The translations under genes were made by a program, and so were the position numbers. Shown in pieces: positions 14,757 through 29,057 of a stretch of 64,000 nt of DNA (positions are counted from its first letter, which is position 1; every line of letters begins with the position of its first letter). Below the pieces are notes generated by a model, which made no database searches, had not been told where the DNA came from, and was given only the letters and a program-made list of their open reading frames with translations. Location: the NCBI GenBank assembly GCA_951406725.2, contig OX597817.1, positions 19,406,001-19,470,000 on the forward strand, written 5' to 3'. Source of the DNA: Octopus vulgaris (taxonomy: Eukaryota).

Positions 14757-16310
14757 CATATAGCGTGCGGACGGTATTTGATGACATCTATTTTTAGTCA
14801 ACATTTCATAATACTAATTTTTATTGAACTTCTATTTCCGAAAATAACAATGACAGGTCCTATGCTTACTCATGCTGTGATTGTGGCTTTGAAGGCTGAG
14901 TATGGTGATTTAGTAATTTCCCATTTTCTGAAAGTTGCAAGATCTTTTGTACACAAAATTCGGTGTTCGCCAGAGAAAGAAGATGGAAGAGTATTACCTC
15001 TATCAAAATGTCAAACACATTCCAAACGCTGATTCTAACAGGATACCTGAATTTATTCAGGATGATAAGCAAAACATTGAAGAAAATCCAGGAAAATCAA
15101 TGTGGTCAATTGCAAAATATTTCGAAAATCAATGAGGTCAATTGCAAAAAAATTTCGAAAAAACAATCGGAAATGTACATGAGGACATCAGATATAAATC
15201 TTACGTGATGAGGAGAGATCAATTCGCGCCAGAAAAAGGAAAGAAAACCGTTCAATAAGATCCAAAAGAAGTTTCGACAAACATAGAAATCCATCAGAGA
15301 ATGCTGTGATTTGTTTTTTCTCGGATGAGAAATACTTTGACCAGGACCATAAAATTAACCGAAGTGACAGATGGCAATGTGCCGACGCGTCTGTGGCTCC
15401 AAGTGTGATGCACACAAACTTTCCTGAAAGTCTCATAATTTTGGGTGTTGTTAGCAATGAAGGACATGAGATGCTTCCTCACAAGGACTTAGTGTGAATC
15501 CTGCTGCGCATATTGAGGTTCTGAAAAACGTGATTAAGCCTTGGATCAATAGTGTATCCAATGGAAGAACTTATGTCTTTCAATAAGATTCTCCACTATG
15601 TCACAAGGCTCAAATAATACAAGAATGGTGGCAGACAATTCGCATGATCCCATCACTTGAAAGAGCTGTTCTTCACTCCTGCTCCAGAGCATCGGCTGCG
15701 GGGTCATTCCGAAAAGCTCTACCTGCGACGATTTCATCTCAATCGAAGGAGAGGAGCTTTCTCCGTCCGGGTTGCGGATCCGTGGAACAAGCTGCCAGAC
15801 GAGATGGAGAAGATGCCGACGACCGCTTTGTTCAAAGCCTCCCTTGACCTCAAGTGGCCTGAACTCTTTACATGAACACCACCCTGTACTTAACTCCATG
15901 TCCCCCTACATGGCCTTGCTATTTGCTTTTGAGCCAAATTAACTAACTAACTAACTAACTAACTGACTAACCCGCCCAACACTTGGCCTCCTAATTTCCA
16001 AGATCTCAATCCACTGGAAATGCGTTGGGAAAAATATCAATGAACACCCCAATAGCACCAAAGATTCTTTGAAAGCCGCCATAGTTCGAGTCATGTCTGA
16101 AATGAACGAGGACCACTTAATCCGAGCTTGTAAACGATTTCGACCCTGTGTAGAGGCATTTATTGATGCTTATGGTGGTTTTATTGAATGAAAGTAATAA
16201 AGTGATAATATAGCTTTATATCATTTTTATAAAAGTACAGTTTTTTCTGTTATTATATAGACGTTTTTTGTAAACCATAAATCTTTCCTCAATAATTATA
16301 TTTCGTATAT
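14757..16310 (+). mobile_element. Decayed Tc1/mariner-superfamily transposon (maT/DD37D-like)
   Basis: FFSDEKYFDQDHKIN, LIILGVVSNEGH, VLKNVIKPWI, YVFQ*DSPLCHKA and WPPNFQDLNPL. Interrupted by a LINE fragment. Confidence 0.85.
15656..15970 (+). mobile_element. 5'-truncated CR1-like LINE 3' end, nested in the Tc1/mariner element
   Basis: LRGHSEKLYLRRFHLNRRRGAFSVRVADPWNKLP...FKASLD, followed by a (CTAA)n tail. Confidence 0.85.
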
Positions 16311-16453
16311 TTTCATTTGTCTTGCTTATTTTTACACTTTGGATTTTGCTGAGTTGTTTCTTGAGAATACATTCTTCGTGGAAAATGGCGATTTTGACGT
16401 CTATATTTAGCGTATAGGCTGTCCACTTTTAGTGGTCAGTCCTCTAAATTTTG

Positions 16454-16512
<59 letters not shown>

Positions 16513-16515
<3 letters not shown>

Positions 16516-17633
16516 GGTAGGGTGAATAGTTCATAGGTTGATTATGAAGGAGTGATGCTCGAGCTGTGAAAACTTGTATGTATTAATACTTCTAATTATT
16601 TGGTTCCAGGTATGCTATCATGTGCCTGTTCAAAGAAGACTTCAAAAATAACTCGTAGCAACATCTCTTGAACGGTGTTATCAAGTACTTGCATACAAAT
16701 GGTTTAGACCCCAAGGGTGTTCAAGCTGACACGGTTGATAAATTAGGAGATGACTCTCGGGTTTTATTGACATTTCAAAACCGGGCAGCTGAATTTAAGG
16801 GGGAAAGGGACGACATGCCACACCCCCAACTGAATAAAACATTAATTGCGTTCACCACATGGCAATGGATGATGACAGGCAGCTGATTATAAATAAAATA
16901 TCCAATGGTTTGAAAGTATTCCGCTGAATAAACGTAGCATAACGAAAGTTTCTGCTCAGTGGGAGCGAAGTCTTCTTACACCTGACCACCAGGTTGATGA
17001 CATCACTGGAAAAATCCAACATTGCTTCAGGCAAATCCAGCTAGTTAGACGATTGTTAGATTAATCACTTTGAGCCAGAGATAAAGAGACAATCCATGCC
17101 GTGGAATTACTCACCCTCGCCTGTGTTAAAGGCGTTTCATCTGTAAAGAATGTGATGACCTCAACCTTTGGGATGTGTAAGACATTGTTTGTATTGATTA
17201 ACTTCAAAGGGCTACAATATCAATGGAGTGTACAATGCCAAATCGTTGATACATAAACGAAAGGATATCAAGACCAAATGCCCAGGAAAACTGGCGAAAG
17301 GTGTCTTGTTTCATCAGAACAATGATCCAGCACATACATCATCGGTTTCAATACCTGGTGTGCGGGACTGTGGTTTAAAAGTGGTTTGATCATTGTGCTT
17401 ATTCTCCTGATTTGGCTCCATATGATTATCATAATGAGCTTCATCATATAAGAAAAAAGCCACACTCTTGGCTGGATATTGGTATCACTGTGATGATGAT
17501 GTTATATCTGCAGTTGAAGACTACTTTGACTAACTGAATGAAACCATGTTCACCAATGGAACCCATGTAAATCTAATCCGGTAATATTTCAAGACATCTT
17601 GGTTTGCCTATGAACTTTTCAGCCAAACCTCCT
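16513..17633 (+). mobile_element. Decayed mariner transposon
   Basis: Imperfect TIRs (tgaatagttcatagg / cctatgaacttttca). Peptides GVIKYLHTNG, KGVLFHQNN and YSPDLAPYDY. Confidence 0.8.
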
Positions 17634-17709
17634 ACATACACGTACATGCGTCTAAACACACACATACACACACACATACACACATACACGCACACATTTA
17701 CGTATAATC

Positions 17710-17921
17710 TTTTCTATTATAGGCACAATGCCTGAAATTTTTGGGGAGGGGGTTACTCGATTACATCGACCCCAGTGCATAACCGGTACTTAGTTTATCG
17801 ACCTCGAAAGGATGAAAGGCAAAGTGGACCCGGGCGGCATATGACCTCAGAACATGAAGACAGACGAAACACCGATAAGCATTTCGTCCAGCGTGCTAAC
17901 AGTTTTGCCAGCTCACCGCCT
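17710..17921 (-). mobile_element. SINE family A variant
   Basis: Shares tttatcgacctcgaaaggatgaaaggcaaagt and the head sequence with other copies. Confidence 0.85.
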
Positions 17922-18349
17922 TTATACATACATACATACATACATACATGCATACATACATACATACATACATACATACATACATACATACATACATACA
18001 TACATACATACATGCATACAAAAATATATACACACACTCACACACACACACATATATATATATAATAGTAATTGGTTAAGTAACCAGAAGGTAAGATTTG
18101 GTATTAGTCATCATTTTGTACAACGAAATTTTCTTCCCACCCTGCTACTATCCTTGATGGGTGGGTCTTCGTGCGCAATGTTAACGGAATATACCCTAAC
18201 TGTCGATGACGCCAGGTGGCCCAAACCATCCCAGTGCTTTATTAAACACATTACTCCAATAATCGACTTATACCTATTAGTCTAAGTTAACCACATACAC
18301 ATATACATATATGCAAACATGTATATTTACACATATTCAAGCGCTCATA

Positions 18350-18568
18350 TCTCTTTACTCTCTTTTTTTCTTTTACTTGTTTCAGTCATTTGACTGCGGC
18401 CATGCTGGAGCACCGCCTTTAGTCGAGCAACTAGACCCAATGAGTTATTCTTTGTAAGCCCAGTTCTTATTTTATCGGTCTCTTTTGCCGAACCGCTAAG
18501 TGACGGGGACATAAACACGCCAGCATCGGTTGTCAAGCAATGCTAGGGGGACAAACACAGACACACAA

Positions 18569-18603
<35 letters not shown>

Positions 18604-18775
18604 CATATATACGACGGGCTTCTTTCAGTTTCCGTCTACCAAATCCACTCACAAGGCATTGGTCGGCCCGGGGCTGTAGTAGAAGACACTTGCCCAAGGT
18701 GCCACGCAGTGGGACTGAACCCTGAACCATGTGGTTGGTTAGCAACCTACTTACCACATAGCCACTCCTGCGCCT
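18350..18775 (-). mobile_element. tRNA-derived SINE, family B (ggcgcaggagtggctgtgtggtaag...), full length
   Basis: A/B-box head, ccttgggcaagtgtctt core, internal (TA)n(TG)n, and tail ggcggtgctccagcatggccgcagtcaaatgactgaaac. Confidence 0.9.
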
Positions 18776-19640
18776 ATATATATATGAAACATACATATAC
18801 TAAACTGTGTATATTTGAGTATATTTGTATACAAATATATTTTATTACATTCCATTAAACATGCATATTGTCAACGCATTTGGACTCGTATAAAAAGGGG
18901 TACTTTATACCAATAAGTAAGTAGATGTTTGTATATTTCCTCTGCTTACTATGTTTACTTGTCTATATGAGATGCATGTATACATGTACACAGACTATAG
19001 TTTAATATGATTTTTGCTTTTTCTTTCTAAGTTCATGAAGTGTTGCAGAGTGGAATTCGGAGTAAATATTTGCATATTTCTGTTTATACATCTTTTAAAA
19101 TCGAATTAAGCCATTTTGTTTTATTTTCATAATATTATTTCTTCGAATGTCTTTTGAAATGGTTGCCATAATGTTTTGTCCTTTCAGATGTTCCATTAAT
19201 CTATCATAGACATTAATCCGTAACAACTTCAAGCAGAAAAGTCTCCTCTTATAGTAAATGTTTTCATTATTTCTCAACATCATTCAAGTTCAAATAATGA
19301 TAGTGTTTTATGTACAGTTTTCTTTTGATTTACATATAAGTAAAGACAAATAAACAACATTTCGGTTTCTAACGTATAATCGCAAACAGACACTTACACA
19401 CATATACACACGCACGCACACATATATAACAGAAGGAAAGAACCATTTAAATATTAAGTGATTAGAATTGGACGCATTATATAGAACGGAATTCTGTTAC
19501 ATCACATGCAAAAAGCAAACTTTCTGTTATTCCGTGTTCACATTTTTTCAAAATATTAAATATCTACAAAATTTAAAGATCAACAACATTTGCTTATTAA
19601 TGTTAATAATTTTTTATTTATCTTGTAGTCCTACCTAATA

Positions 19641-19687
<47 letters not shown>

Positions 19688-19689
19688 GC

Positions 19690-19885
19690 ATCAATCATCC
19701 ATGGTTAGACTACCAGATATTGCTACACAAAACTAGTCACAATACGCTTTGCATCGTTTTAGCCCTCGAATGAAGCCACCCCACTGGCTAGGCTGATTGA
19801 AAGCGGGGTCTGGAGCAACGTGAAATTAATAGAGTGTTATGATGAAGTGTTTTGCACAACACAGCCCCCGCCCGGTCCAGAAATC
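19690..19885 (-). mobile_element. SINE fragment(s)
   Basis: Similar to 55985-56040 and to 63480-63540. Confidence 0.6.
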
Positions 19886-19958
19886 TATCTGGCGGCCGTG
19901 ATTTCAATAGCCTACTTACTAATTACATACACGCACATGCATATATTCATAACCACTA

Positions 19959-20113
<155 letters not shown>

Positions 20114-20310
20114 GCACACACAGGCAAAAACAAGCAAAATGCAAATTGTATTTGAATGCTATACAAATATTATTTAAAAAAAAACTTTTCTTTTAATTTT
20201 TCTAAATTTAAGTATTTAATTATTACAGTTGAAAATGTCTCAATGACTGAAACCGGTACTGAAATGATTTTTATAAAATTATGTTAGTATTTTCGATCTT
20301 GACTTTTTTT

Positions 20311-20365
<55 letters not shown>

Positions 20366-20389
20366 TATACATACATACATACGTAGTGT

Positions 20390-20665
20390 AACGGTTGGAG
20401 ATCCCCTTTGGTCATGAATAACCATGGGATTGCACCGAGATTTCCTCTCCCAGGCAAAAGTCTGGGTAAGGTTGTTTACAGAGGACCAGCAGTCCAGTAG
20501 TAACCCATGCATACCAGCCTCTCATCGCCACCGATGTTGTTCAAGAGTAAGGCAAATGCTGATACAGCCTGGCATCAGTAAGAACACAGCACACAGTTTG
20601 GTCCGGGAATCGAAATCAACACCTCATGATTGTGAGGTCGACGCTCTAACGACTGAACCATGCGC
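20390..20665 (-). mobile_element. tRNA-derived SINE, family D
   Basis: Homologous to 63265-63575 (ggtcatgaat.accatgggattgcacc...), with a tRNA-like head at the right end. Confidence 0.8.
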
Positions 20666-20765
20666 TTTTTGTATCTTTTGGATTCATAGATACATACATA
20701 CACACACAAAACATACATATATACATAAATACATAACCCCCCCCCCACCACCACCACATATATAT

Positions 20766-20930
20766 AGGAGCAGGCGTGGTTGAGTGGTAAGAAGCTTGCT
20801 TCCCACTCATATAATTGCGGGTTCAGTCACACTGCGTGGTATCTTCGGCAAATATCTTCTATTTTAGCCTCGGTCCGACCAAAGCCTTGTGAGTGGATTT
20901 GGTTGACGGTAACTAAAAGAAGTCCACTGT
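20766..20930 (+). mobile_element. SINE family B, 5' half
   Basis: Matches the head and core of 18350-18775. Confidence 0.85.
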
Positions 20931-21145
20931 ATATATATATAAGGTGGTGAGCTGACAGTATTGTTTGTCCTCCGGACGAAATGCTTAGCGGAAATTAGTC
21001 CTATAGGTACAGTAACACACAAGATCTTAGCACCAAGTACAAATTTCCACAGAAACAGTGATATTTACAGACAGTGAAGAAATGAATTAAAATCAGTGTG
21101 GGTCGACAAGAGTGATGCATGTTATTAAACGTTCACTGTCTAATT

Positions 21146-21377
21146 AGGCGGCGAGCTGGCAGAATTGTTAGCACGCCGGGCGAAATGCTTAGCGGTATTT
21201 CGTCTGCGTTACGTTGTGAGTTCAAATTCTGCCGGGGTCGATTTTGCCTTTCATCCTTTCGGGGTCGATAAATTAAGTACCAGTTACGCACTGGGGTCGA
21301 TGTAATCGACTTAATACCTATGTCTGTCCTTGTTTGTCCCCTCTGTGTTTAGCCCCTTGTGGGTAATAAAGAAATAA
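21146..21377 (+). mobile_element. SINE family A, full length
   Basis: 12-bp TSD tcactgtctaat at 21133-21144 and 21379-21390. Confidence 0.92.
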
Positions 21378-21619
21378 GTCACTGTCTAATCAACAATAAC
21401 TTCAAAGATTTAGTAGAAAACCAAGCGCACAATTATAGATTAAACCATATCTTACAGATCTTTAGTGATCTCCTTTAGAAAAACTTAATTTCTGATAATC
21501 TCACATGTAAATTAGGATGGCTGACTAGTATTACTTCAGTTAACGCTTGGAACACAGACACACAGCACACCATAAAACTATCATACATAGGTATGTTTTC
21601 CATAAACTCGAGGAAGATA

Positions 21620-22050
21620 ATGATACTGATTTCAAAATTTGGCACAAGGCCGGGAATTTTATGGTGTGGTACAAGCCGATTGCATCGATCCCGAAAGAAT
21701 GAAATGCAAAGTCGTTCTCGGCGGAATTTGAAGTCTGAACATAAAGACGGACAAAATGCCACAAAGTATCTTCCCGGTGTGTTCACGATTCTGCCAGCTC
21801 GCCGGCTTAAGGAAGGTGGCGATGATGATGATACTGGTTTCAAATTTTGGCTCAAAGCCAGTAAATTCAAGGGAGTGGGTTAGCCGATTACATCGATCCC
21901 AATACTCATCTGGCTCTAATTTTATCGACTACGAATGGATGACTGGCAAAGTTAACATCAGTCGAGATTGAACCCGCAACGTGAAAAGCAGACGAAATGT
22001 CGCTAAGCATTTCGCCCGGTGTGCTTATAGTTCTGTCAACTTACTGCCTG
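21620..22050 (-). mobile_element. Two tandem diverged SINE family A-like copies
   Basis: Both carry the ggtttcaaattttggc.caa.gcc end, the gaaaggcaaagtc-like core and the ctgccagctcgcc-like head. Confidence 0.75.
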
Positions 22051-22349
22051 TATGGAGGATGATAATATTAACACGAAGTTCATCTTCAATTAATTCATAC
22101 GTTGAAAATCGAAGGTTATTCATTTGCAAAGTCAGAACAGAAAAATAGCTATGAAATATTTAATGGAGTAAAAGCGAGTGACGCTCTTTTAATCCGAAGA
22201 ATCAACCGTTAATATCATTTGTACCATTCATTTGAAGAACATAACAGTTGCCAAAAATGTTATAGTTATATTACGACTCGTTACGACATGATACTGTTGC
22301 TAAAACATTATGGCATGCGGACTGCAGGCATTTTAGCATGTGATATGTA

Positions 22350-23225
22350 TATCTATATATATATATAAAAGTGAGATTCTGTCTGTTTGTCTCACAAAAT
22401 GAAACTAAAACCAGACACACTCTCTCTATGATTTTCTTTCTATGTTTCCTGTATTCTCTCTCCCCCTCTATATTATCTCTCTGTCTGCCCGTCTGTCTCT
22501 CTGCCATGTTACTTCAAAGAGATTCTGTCTCTGTTTGTCCCGCAAAGTGAAACTAAAACCAGACACCATCTTTCTATTATTTTCTTTCTCCTCTATCTGT
22601 GTATTTACCTCTGTTTCTTTCTCTCTCTTCCGTTCTCCCTTTCTCTTTCTCTCTTTCTTTCTCCCTTTGTCTCTTTCTGTCTTTCTCTATCTTTCTCTCA
22701 CTGAAAGAACACACACTGTCATAGAACGTAAAAACAATAACACAGGAGGACTTTATTTCTTAGCTGTTCCAGGAGGTACAGGCAAAACATTGTTTTAAAT
22801 AAAACTCCTGCTGGTTAAAGTTCGCAAATAAAATAAAATAGCTTTAGCTACTGCTACTTCTGGGATTGCAGCAACATTACTACCCGGAGGTCGGACTGCC
22901 CGTTTGATATTCAAGTTACCTTTAGATTTATCTAACAAACAATATCCAGTTTGATATCGACCTAAAAATTCTGCAATTGGTGAACTAATACAAAAATGTC
23001 ACTTAGTTGTCTGGGATGAATGTACCATGGTCCGCAAAAAAGCTTTTGAAGATGTTGACAGAATATTACGAGACATTAGAAAATGCAATTTCATGATGGG
23101 AAATGTCACAGTATTATTGTCAGGAGACTTCCGACAAACAGTACTGGTTGTTCCAAGAGGAAAAAAAAATGGTTGAGCTCAATGTTTCAATAAAAAAATC
23201 TGTGTCCTGGTATCATGTGAAACGC
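22350..23225 (+). mobile_element. Helitron fragment with PIF1-like helicase motifs
   Basis: FLAVPGGTGKT (Walker A), ALATATSGIAATLLPGGRTA..FKLP, VVWDECTM, LLSGDFRQT.VVPRG, with stops. Upstream atctatatatatataaaagtgag resembles a Helitron 5' end. Confidence 0.9.
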
Positions 23226-23504
23226 ATGCGCAGGGAGTGATACACACGACCGAAAGACAAAATGAAAGAAGCAGAACAAGCAGAGAGTCGCTGCAAATGT
23301 AAATGAATGTGTGACGAAAGAAATTGTTCAGAGGAACAAAAATAATAGCAACTGAAATGAAGACCCTATATGTAGTGCGTGTGTTTATTTCGTAAAATGT
23401 GACCATCCCTAAGTATGACAATATATATATATGTATGTGTGTGTGTATGTGTGCGTCTGTCTCTATGTGTGCGTGTGATCGTATATACGTGTTAATAAAG
23501 GCCG

Positions 23505-23624
23505 TGAAACTCAGAGTAACAAGTTAGTTGAATTTTCTGCTGCTTTCAAATAAAGCATAGTACTCTACCCCTGGTATTTGAGTAATCTTTTTTCCACCTT
23601 CTTTCACATTTATGTTTTTACTCC

Positions 23625-23627
<3 letters not shown>
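23505..23627 (+). mobile_element. 3' tail of the Penelope-like family at 8653-9580
   Basis: gaaactcagagtaac...ggtatttgagta.tctttttccacc...ttactccggt followed by (TA)n, matching 9461-9580. Confidence 0.7.
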
Positions 23628-23660
<33 letters not shown>

Positions 23661-23989
23661 AATAACACAGTTTCCTGAATGTTGTAAATCGCTGACAATC
23701 CATCGGCAGGAAAAGGATAACGTTATTAATCATAATTATGTAAGGTCTAGAATATAGAAGAAAAAAGACTATTGATAAGTGACTGGCGAAGATAGCAGTG
23801 AGAACGAAAAGTTAGACAGAAGCGTCTTTGTCTTTTGGTTGCGACATTAGGTAATAAATTTCGTTGACTTCACTGTACGCAATTGAATCGATTAGAAGAA
23901 AACAGCTCAATCTTACAGAAATCATGATCATAAATTATCTGCAACAAATTTAGATGTATGTCCCAAATCTCTCGTTTCACCATTCACTC

Positions 23990-24144
<155 letters not shown>

Positions 24145-24307
24145 CTACCTACCTATATGTGTATGTGAGTGTATGTTTGTGTGAAAAATGATAGATGACG
24201 AGGTAGATAAACTTAATATCCATACGCACATTCGCATGCTTATACACCAGATGTATTCATGCGTGCATGTGTATGGGCCTATATGCATACATACATACAT
24301 ATATGTA

Positions 24308-24355
<48 letters not shown>

Positions 24356-24388
24356 CACATATATATATATATATGTATATGTATATAT

Positions 24389-24497
<109 letters not shown>

Positions 24498-24503
24498 TAC
24501 AGA

Positions 24504-24554
<51 letters not shown>

Positions 24555-25208
24555 GCATATATGCACATATACATTTGCACACACATACCAACATATACAT
24601 ATTGACACGGCGCTTAGTCACACGTATACACAATCACAAGCACATACAGACAGACACACACACACAAGCAAATATACAAGAGAGAAAGAGAGAGAGAGAC
24701 AGACATACAGATATGTTGGTGGTATAAACTATATGCTATAATTTAACATGAATACGTACACACACGAGTACTTTCCCATACGCAGATGCATACCTAGTTA
24801 TGGGTATATACAATATACATGATATGATCAATGTATACACCCATACATTCTTTCATATTTTAACACTGCGTATTTCCTAATTGTGCGAATGATTTACATG
24901 ACAGTTATATTGCAGTCCAATTAGAAATAGACAATAACATTTGATTTAGGTGTTTGAAGGCAAATAATCAATATTTTGAATTCAACATTTTCTATACGGC
25001 ATTGTGTATTTTACTGTATAGTTTATATACATTTTCTTTACGATATGAGGTTTCAGTTTAAATTTTCATTTCCCACTAATTTTTACTTAGATTAAATATA
25101 CTGGTAAGATGAAACTGAAGAGATAATACGTGATAAATATGCGAGGAAGTGAAACATAAAATCATTACGAAATAGAAGTCAATATAAGTCAATATCGATC
25201 TATCTATC

Positions 25209-25309
<101 letters not shown>

Positions 25310-25359
25310 GTCTAACTATCTATTTATCTATCCATCTATCTATCTATATATCTATCTAG

Positions 25360-25451
<92 letters not shown>

Positions 25452-25541
25452 GTATATATATATCTACCAAGGCAACAATTAATTGAAATTTCAGTATTAA
25501 AACTGTTTACAAATATAAGAAAAGTAGAGAAGGAAAGAAAC

Positions 25542-25617
<76 letters not shown>

Positions 25618-25763
25618 TGTGTGAGAGAGATAAAGAGGGAGAGAGTGTTATAGTGTTAAACTATGGATCGCTACTCATAAACGGGGACACAACAAGATTA
25701 TATATATATATATATATATTTGTTTTGCAAGATTTTTGATGTGAAATCGTGTGTTGAAACAGA

Positions 25764-26194
25764 TATTGTTGTATTTAGGAATGGTCATTTTGCGAGTTTA
25801 GCTAATAAAAACACACGCACCATATATTTGATGTTACTTTGCTTCAGCGTAATTTAATTTTTACATTAATCTTAATCTTATTTCGGCTAGAGTTCTTTCG
25901 TCACACTTCTCTGACCGCATCAGTGGCCCTTTGCTTTCTTCTTTCTTATTTGAAGACACATACAATAGAAATACAAAATACTAAATGGCTGACCGTTGGT
26001 AAGGAGAGACGCACAAATAAGAAAGAAGAAAGCAAATGACCACTGATGCGGTCATAAGAGTGTGACGAAAGAAATCTGGCCGAAATAAGTTTAAGATTAA
26101 TGTAAAAATTAAATAACTCTGAAGCAAATTAATACCAGATTTATGGTACGTGTGTTTGTTTTTGGCTAAACTGGCAAAATGACCATTTCTAAAT

Positions 26195-26203
<9 letters not shown>
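25764..26203. mobile_element. Inverted-repeat element (~190-bp arms), each arm with a hammerhead-like motif
   Basis: 25764-25951 is the reverse complement of 26015-26203. Motif cca-CTGATGCG-gtca..tgac-GAAA-gaaa-TC-tgg at 26038-26082. Flanked by (TA)n. Confidence 0.7.
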
Positions 26204-26256
<53 letters not shown>

Positions 26257-26260
<4 letters not shown>

Positions 26261-27318
26261 ACTGTTCAGGGACCACTACTGTTCATAATGGCCCTCTCAG
26301 ACATGCCCTCAGCCACGCAGAGAGCCACGATCACAAGTTATGCAGATGATACAAAAGTTTCACAGGCAATACAGAACCCTGAAGACGCTAAGCACCTGCA
26401 ATGTGAGCTGGACAAAATATACAAGTGGGCTGAAAAGAATAGCATGCAGTTCAATGCTGAAAAGTTTCAAGGTTTATACTATCAGCATGCAAAACTAAAT
26501 GCAATACCCAATAAATACACTGGACCCGGAGGGATTGCAATCCCAGAGGCACAATCAGTGCGAGACCTGGGTATTTACATGAGTGATGATGCAACCTTTC
26601 ATGTGCATGCTGCTAAATTGGCAATGAAATGTAGACGGCTGACCGGATGGATTCTTAGAACCTTTAGAACAAGAAACCAGGAAATCATGATGGTCCTCTG
26701 GAGGACACTTGTCCTAAGCCACTTTGACTATTGCTCTCAATTACGGTCACCATCCAGTGTCAAGTTAATCACATAACTTGAGGCGATCCAACGAAGCTAC
26801 ACGAAGAAGATAGCCTCTGTGCAGCATATAAGCTATTGGGAAAGACTCAAGAGATTGAGACTCTATTCCTTAGAGCGTAGGCGAGAAAGATGTGCCATAA
26901 TATACATCTTGAAGATACTAGAAGGACTTGTCCCAAACTTTGGCATCGAGAGTTACACAAATGTCAGAACTGGGTGTCACTGCATAGTGCCAATGACTCC
27001 AAATTTGCCATCAAGATGTAGGACAAGATACTGTGATAGCCTTGACTTCCGAGGCCCACAGCTCTTCAATATTCTCCCGAAGAACCTAAGAGACCTGCAT
27101 GGGGTGGATGCAGATGTCTTTAAAATGAAACTGAACCAACTTCACGTCAGGAAGTGCAGATGAGGGCAGCTGCATCGAACTCTCTCATGCACCAAATGGC
27201 ATTTTCTAAAAAGCATTCGTGAAGTAAAATCATGTAGCAACACCAAATGGCGGTGCCCCAGCATGGCAGAGCTTGCGAGCTGAAACTAAATAAAATAAAA
27301 TAAAATAAAATAAAAATA
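26257..27318 (+). mobile_element. 5'-truncated CR1-like LINE (RT C-terminal half)
   Basis: GTVQGPLLFI, YADDTKV, VRDLGIYM, SYWERLKRLRLYSLERRR, and a (TAAAA)n tail. Confidence 0.92.
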
Positions 27319-27900
27319 TTGAAACAGCTTCTCATTCCTTGAAAACACAGCTATGTTCAAGTTTTATCTTATAACATAATTTTCCGTTTCCGTATAAGTT
27401 TTTGACAATTAATTTAGAGCAATAAAATTCTATATCCATTATCAAGTTACTAAACTTTCACAACCACTATAACTGGATACGGAATATATCTGACTATTGT
27501 AAAGCATTTTTTTTCATATTACTAGAGTTTATGTAAATTTGCAGCAAATAATTTTAACCGTTGTGCATCTGCATCAACTGTGGCGTGTTAATTTTGTTTT
27601 ATAGTTACCATTTTTTAACTGTTAGGCATATATATAAACTGTTACGTATTAGTTGACGTGTGTATGGTTTAAGTTGTTATATTAACAGAATGTTGTAAAA
27701 TGATTTTTTGTTCGCATGATAATCGACTATCTGTGTGTGGAAATTTAAAGATTATGGATCTATTGTCAATTAGTAATCGCCTATTTCACTGTATTTTGCA
27801 GTGTGTGGTACATTGATATATATATATATATATATATGTATATACACATATATATATATACATATATATATATGTGTGTGTGTGTGTGTTTGTGTGTGTA

Positions 27901-28085
<185 letters not shown>

Positions 28086-28870
28086 TGATGCGATTTCTCC
28101 GTGTTGTAAATTCATAATGGGCCAAGGATAGAATATTGCGTCGGTAGAGTCTACATAAATTCAACTGCTATAAAAGTGACAATACAGAATTCAAATACAT
28201 TCTATATCTTGATAGAGATTGTGTAAAAGACTAGAAACGATAATTATGATTCTAGGAACTTCATTGTTGCAAACAATCTCCAAATTCCTCATAAGGGGGT
28301 CCTGTCCCCACAAAAAAAAATAATAAAGAAGACAGTAATTTATACTTGAATATATTCATTTTGAATGTATTCTTACATAGCCATCGTCAGTGCATACCAG
28401 AAATGTTTTTTTGTTGCTATTTGTATATAGTCGTGGACTGGCGGTTCAGTTAATCTCCAATTTGATTCAGGTAAGTGATGTTTATAAGCCATAAAAAATG
28501 GCGAAACGTCGGTGTCCATCCTACTTTTATCGGATTTGGCGCGATTTGTTTCCCATGTCGGTGACTTTCAACTGTTTTAACACCCGGTGTTTAGAGGGAT
28601 TCATCCCCACCGCGCAAGGTCGCAGCCTACCGGCAGACAAGTTCGTTATTTGTACTCTGATCGTGTGTGGTCGAAGACGTTTACAACACTAGCGCTGCTT
28701 CTGATTCATATTTGAATTCATATTAGAAACAACTTAATAAACAAAAAACACAAAACTGGGACATATATCAAAGTGCATATATATACATATACTCATACAT
28801 ACATACGCTGTACCCACACATATATACATATATGTACCTATTTAGCCCCCTGTTTGTCTATCTGTCTGTG

Positions 28871-28913
<43 letters not shown>

Positions 28914-28941
28914 TTATCTATCTATTTATCTATTTATCTAT

Positions 28942-29025
<84 letters not shown>

Positions 29026-29026
29026 T

Positions 29027-29057
<31 letters not shown>

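Noticed and set aside
19095-19283. 62-aa minus-strand ORF
   Set aside because: No recognisable motif, and this length is expected by chance.
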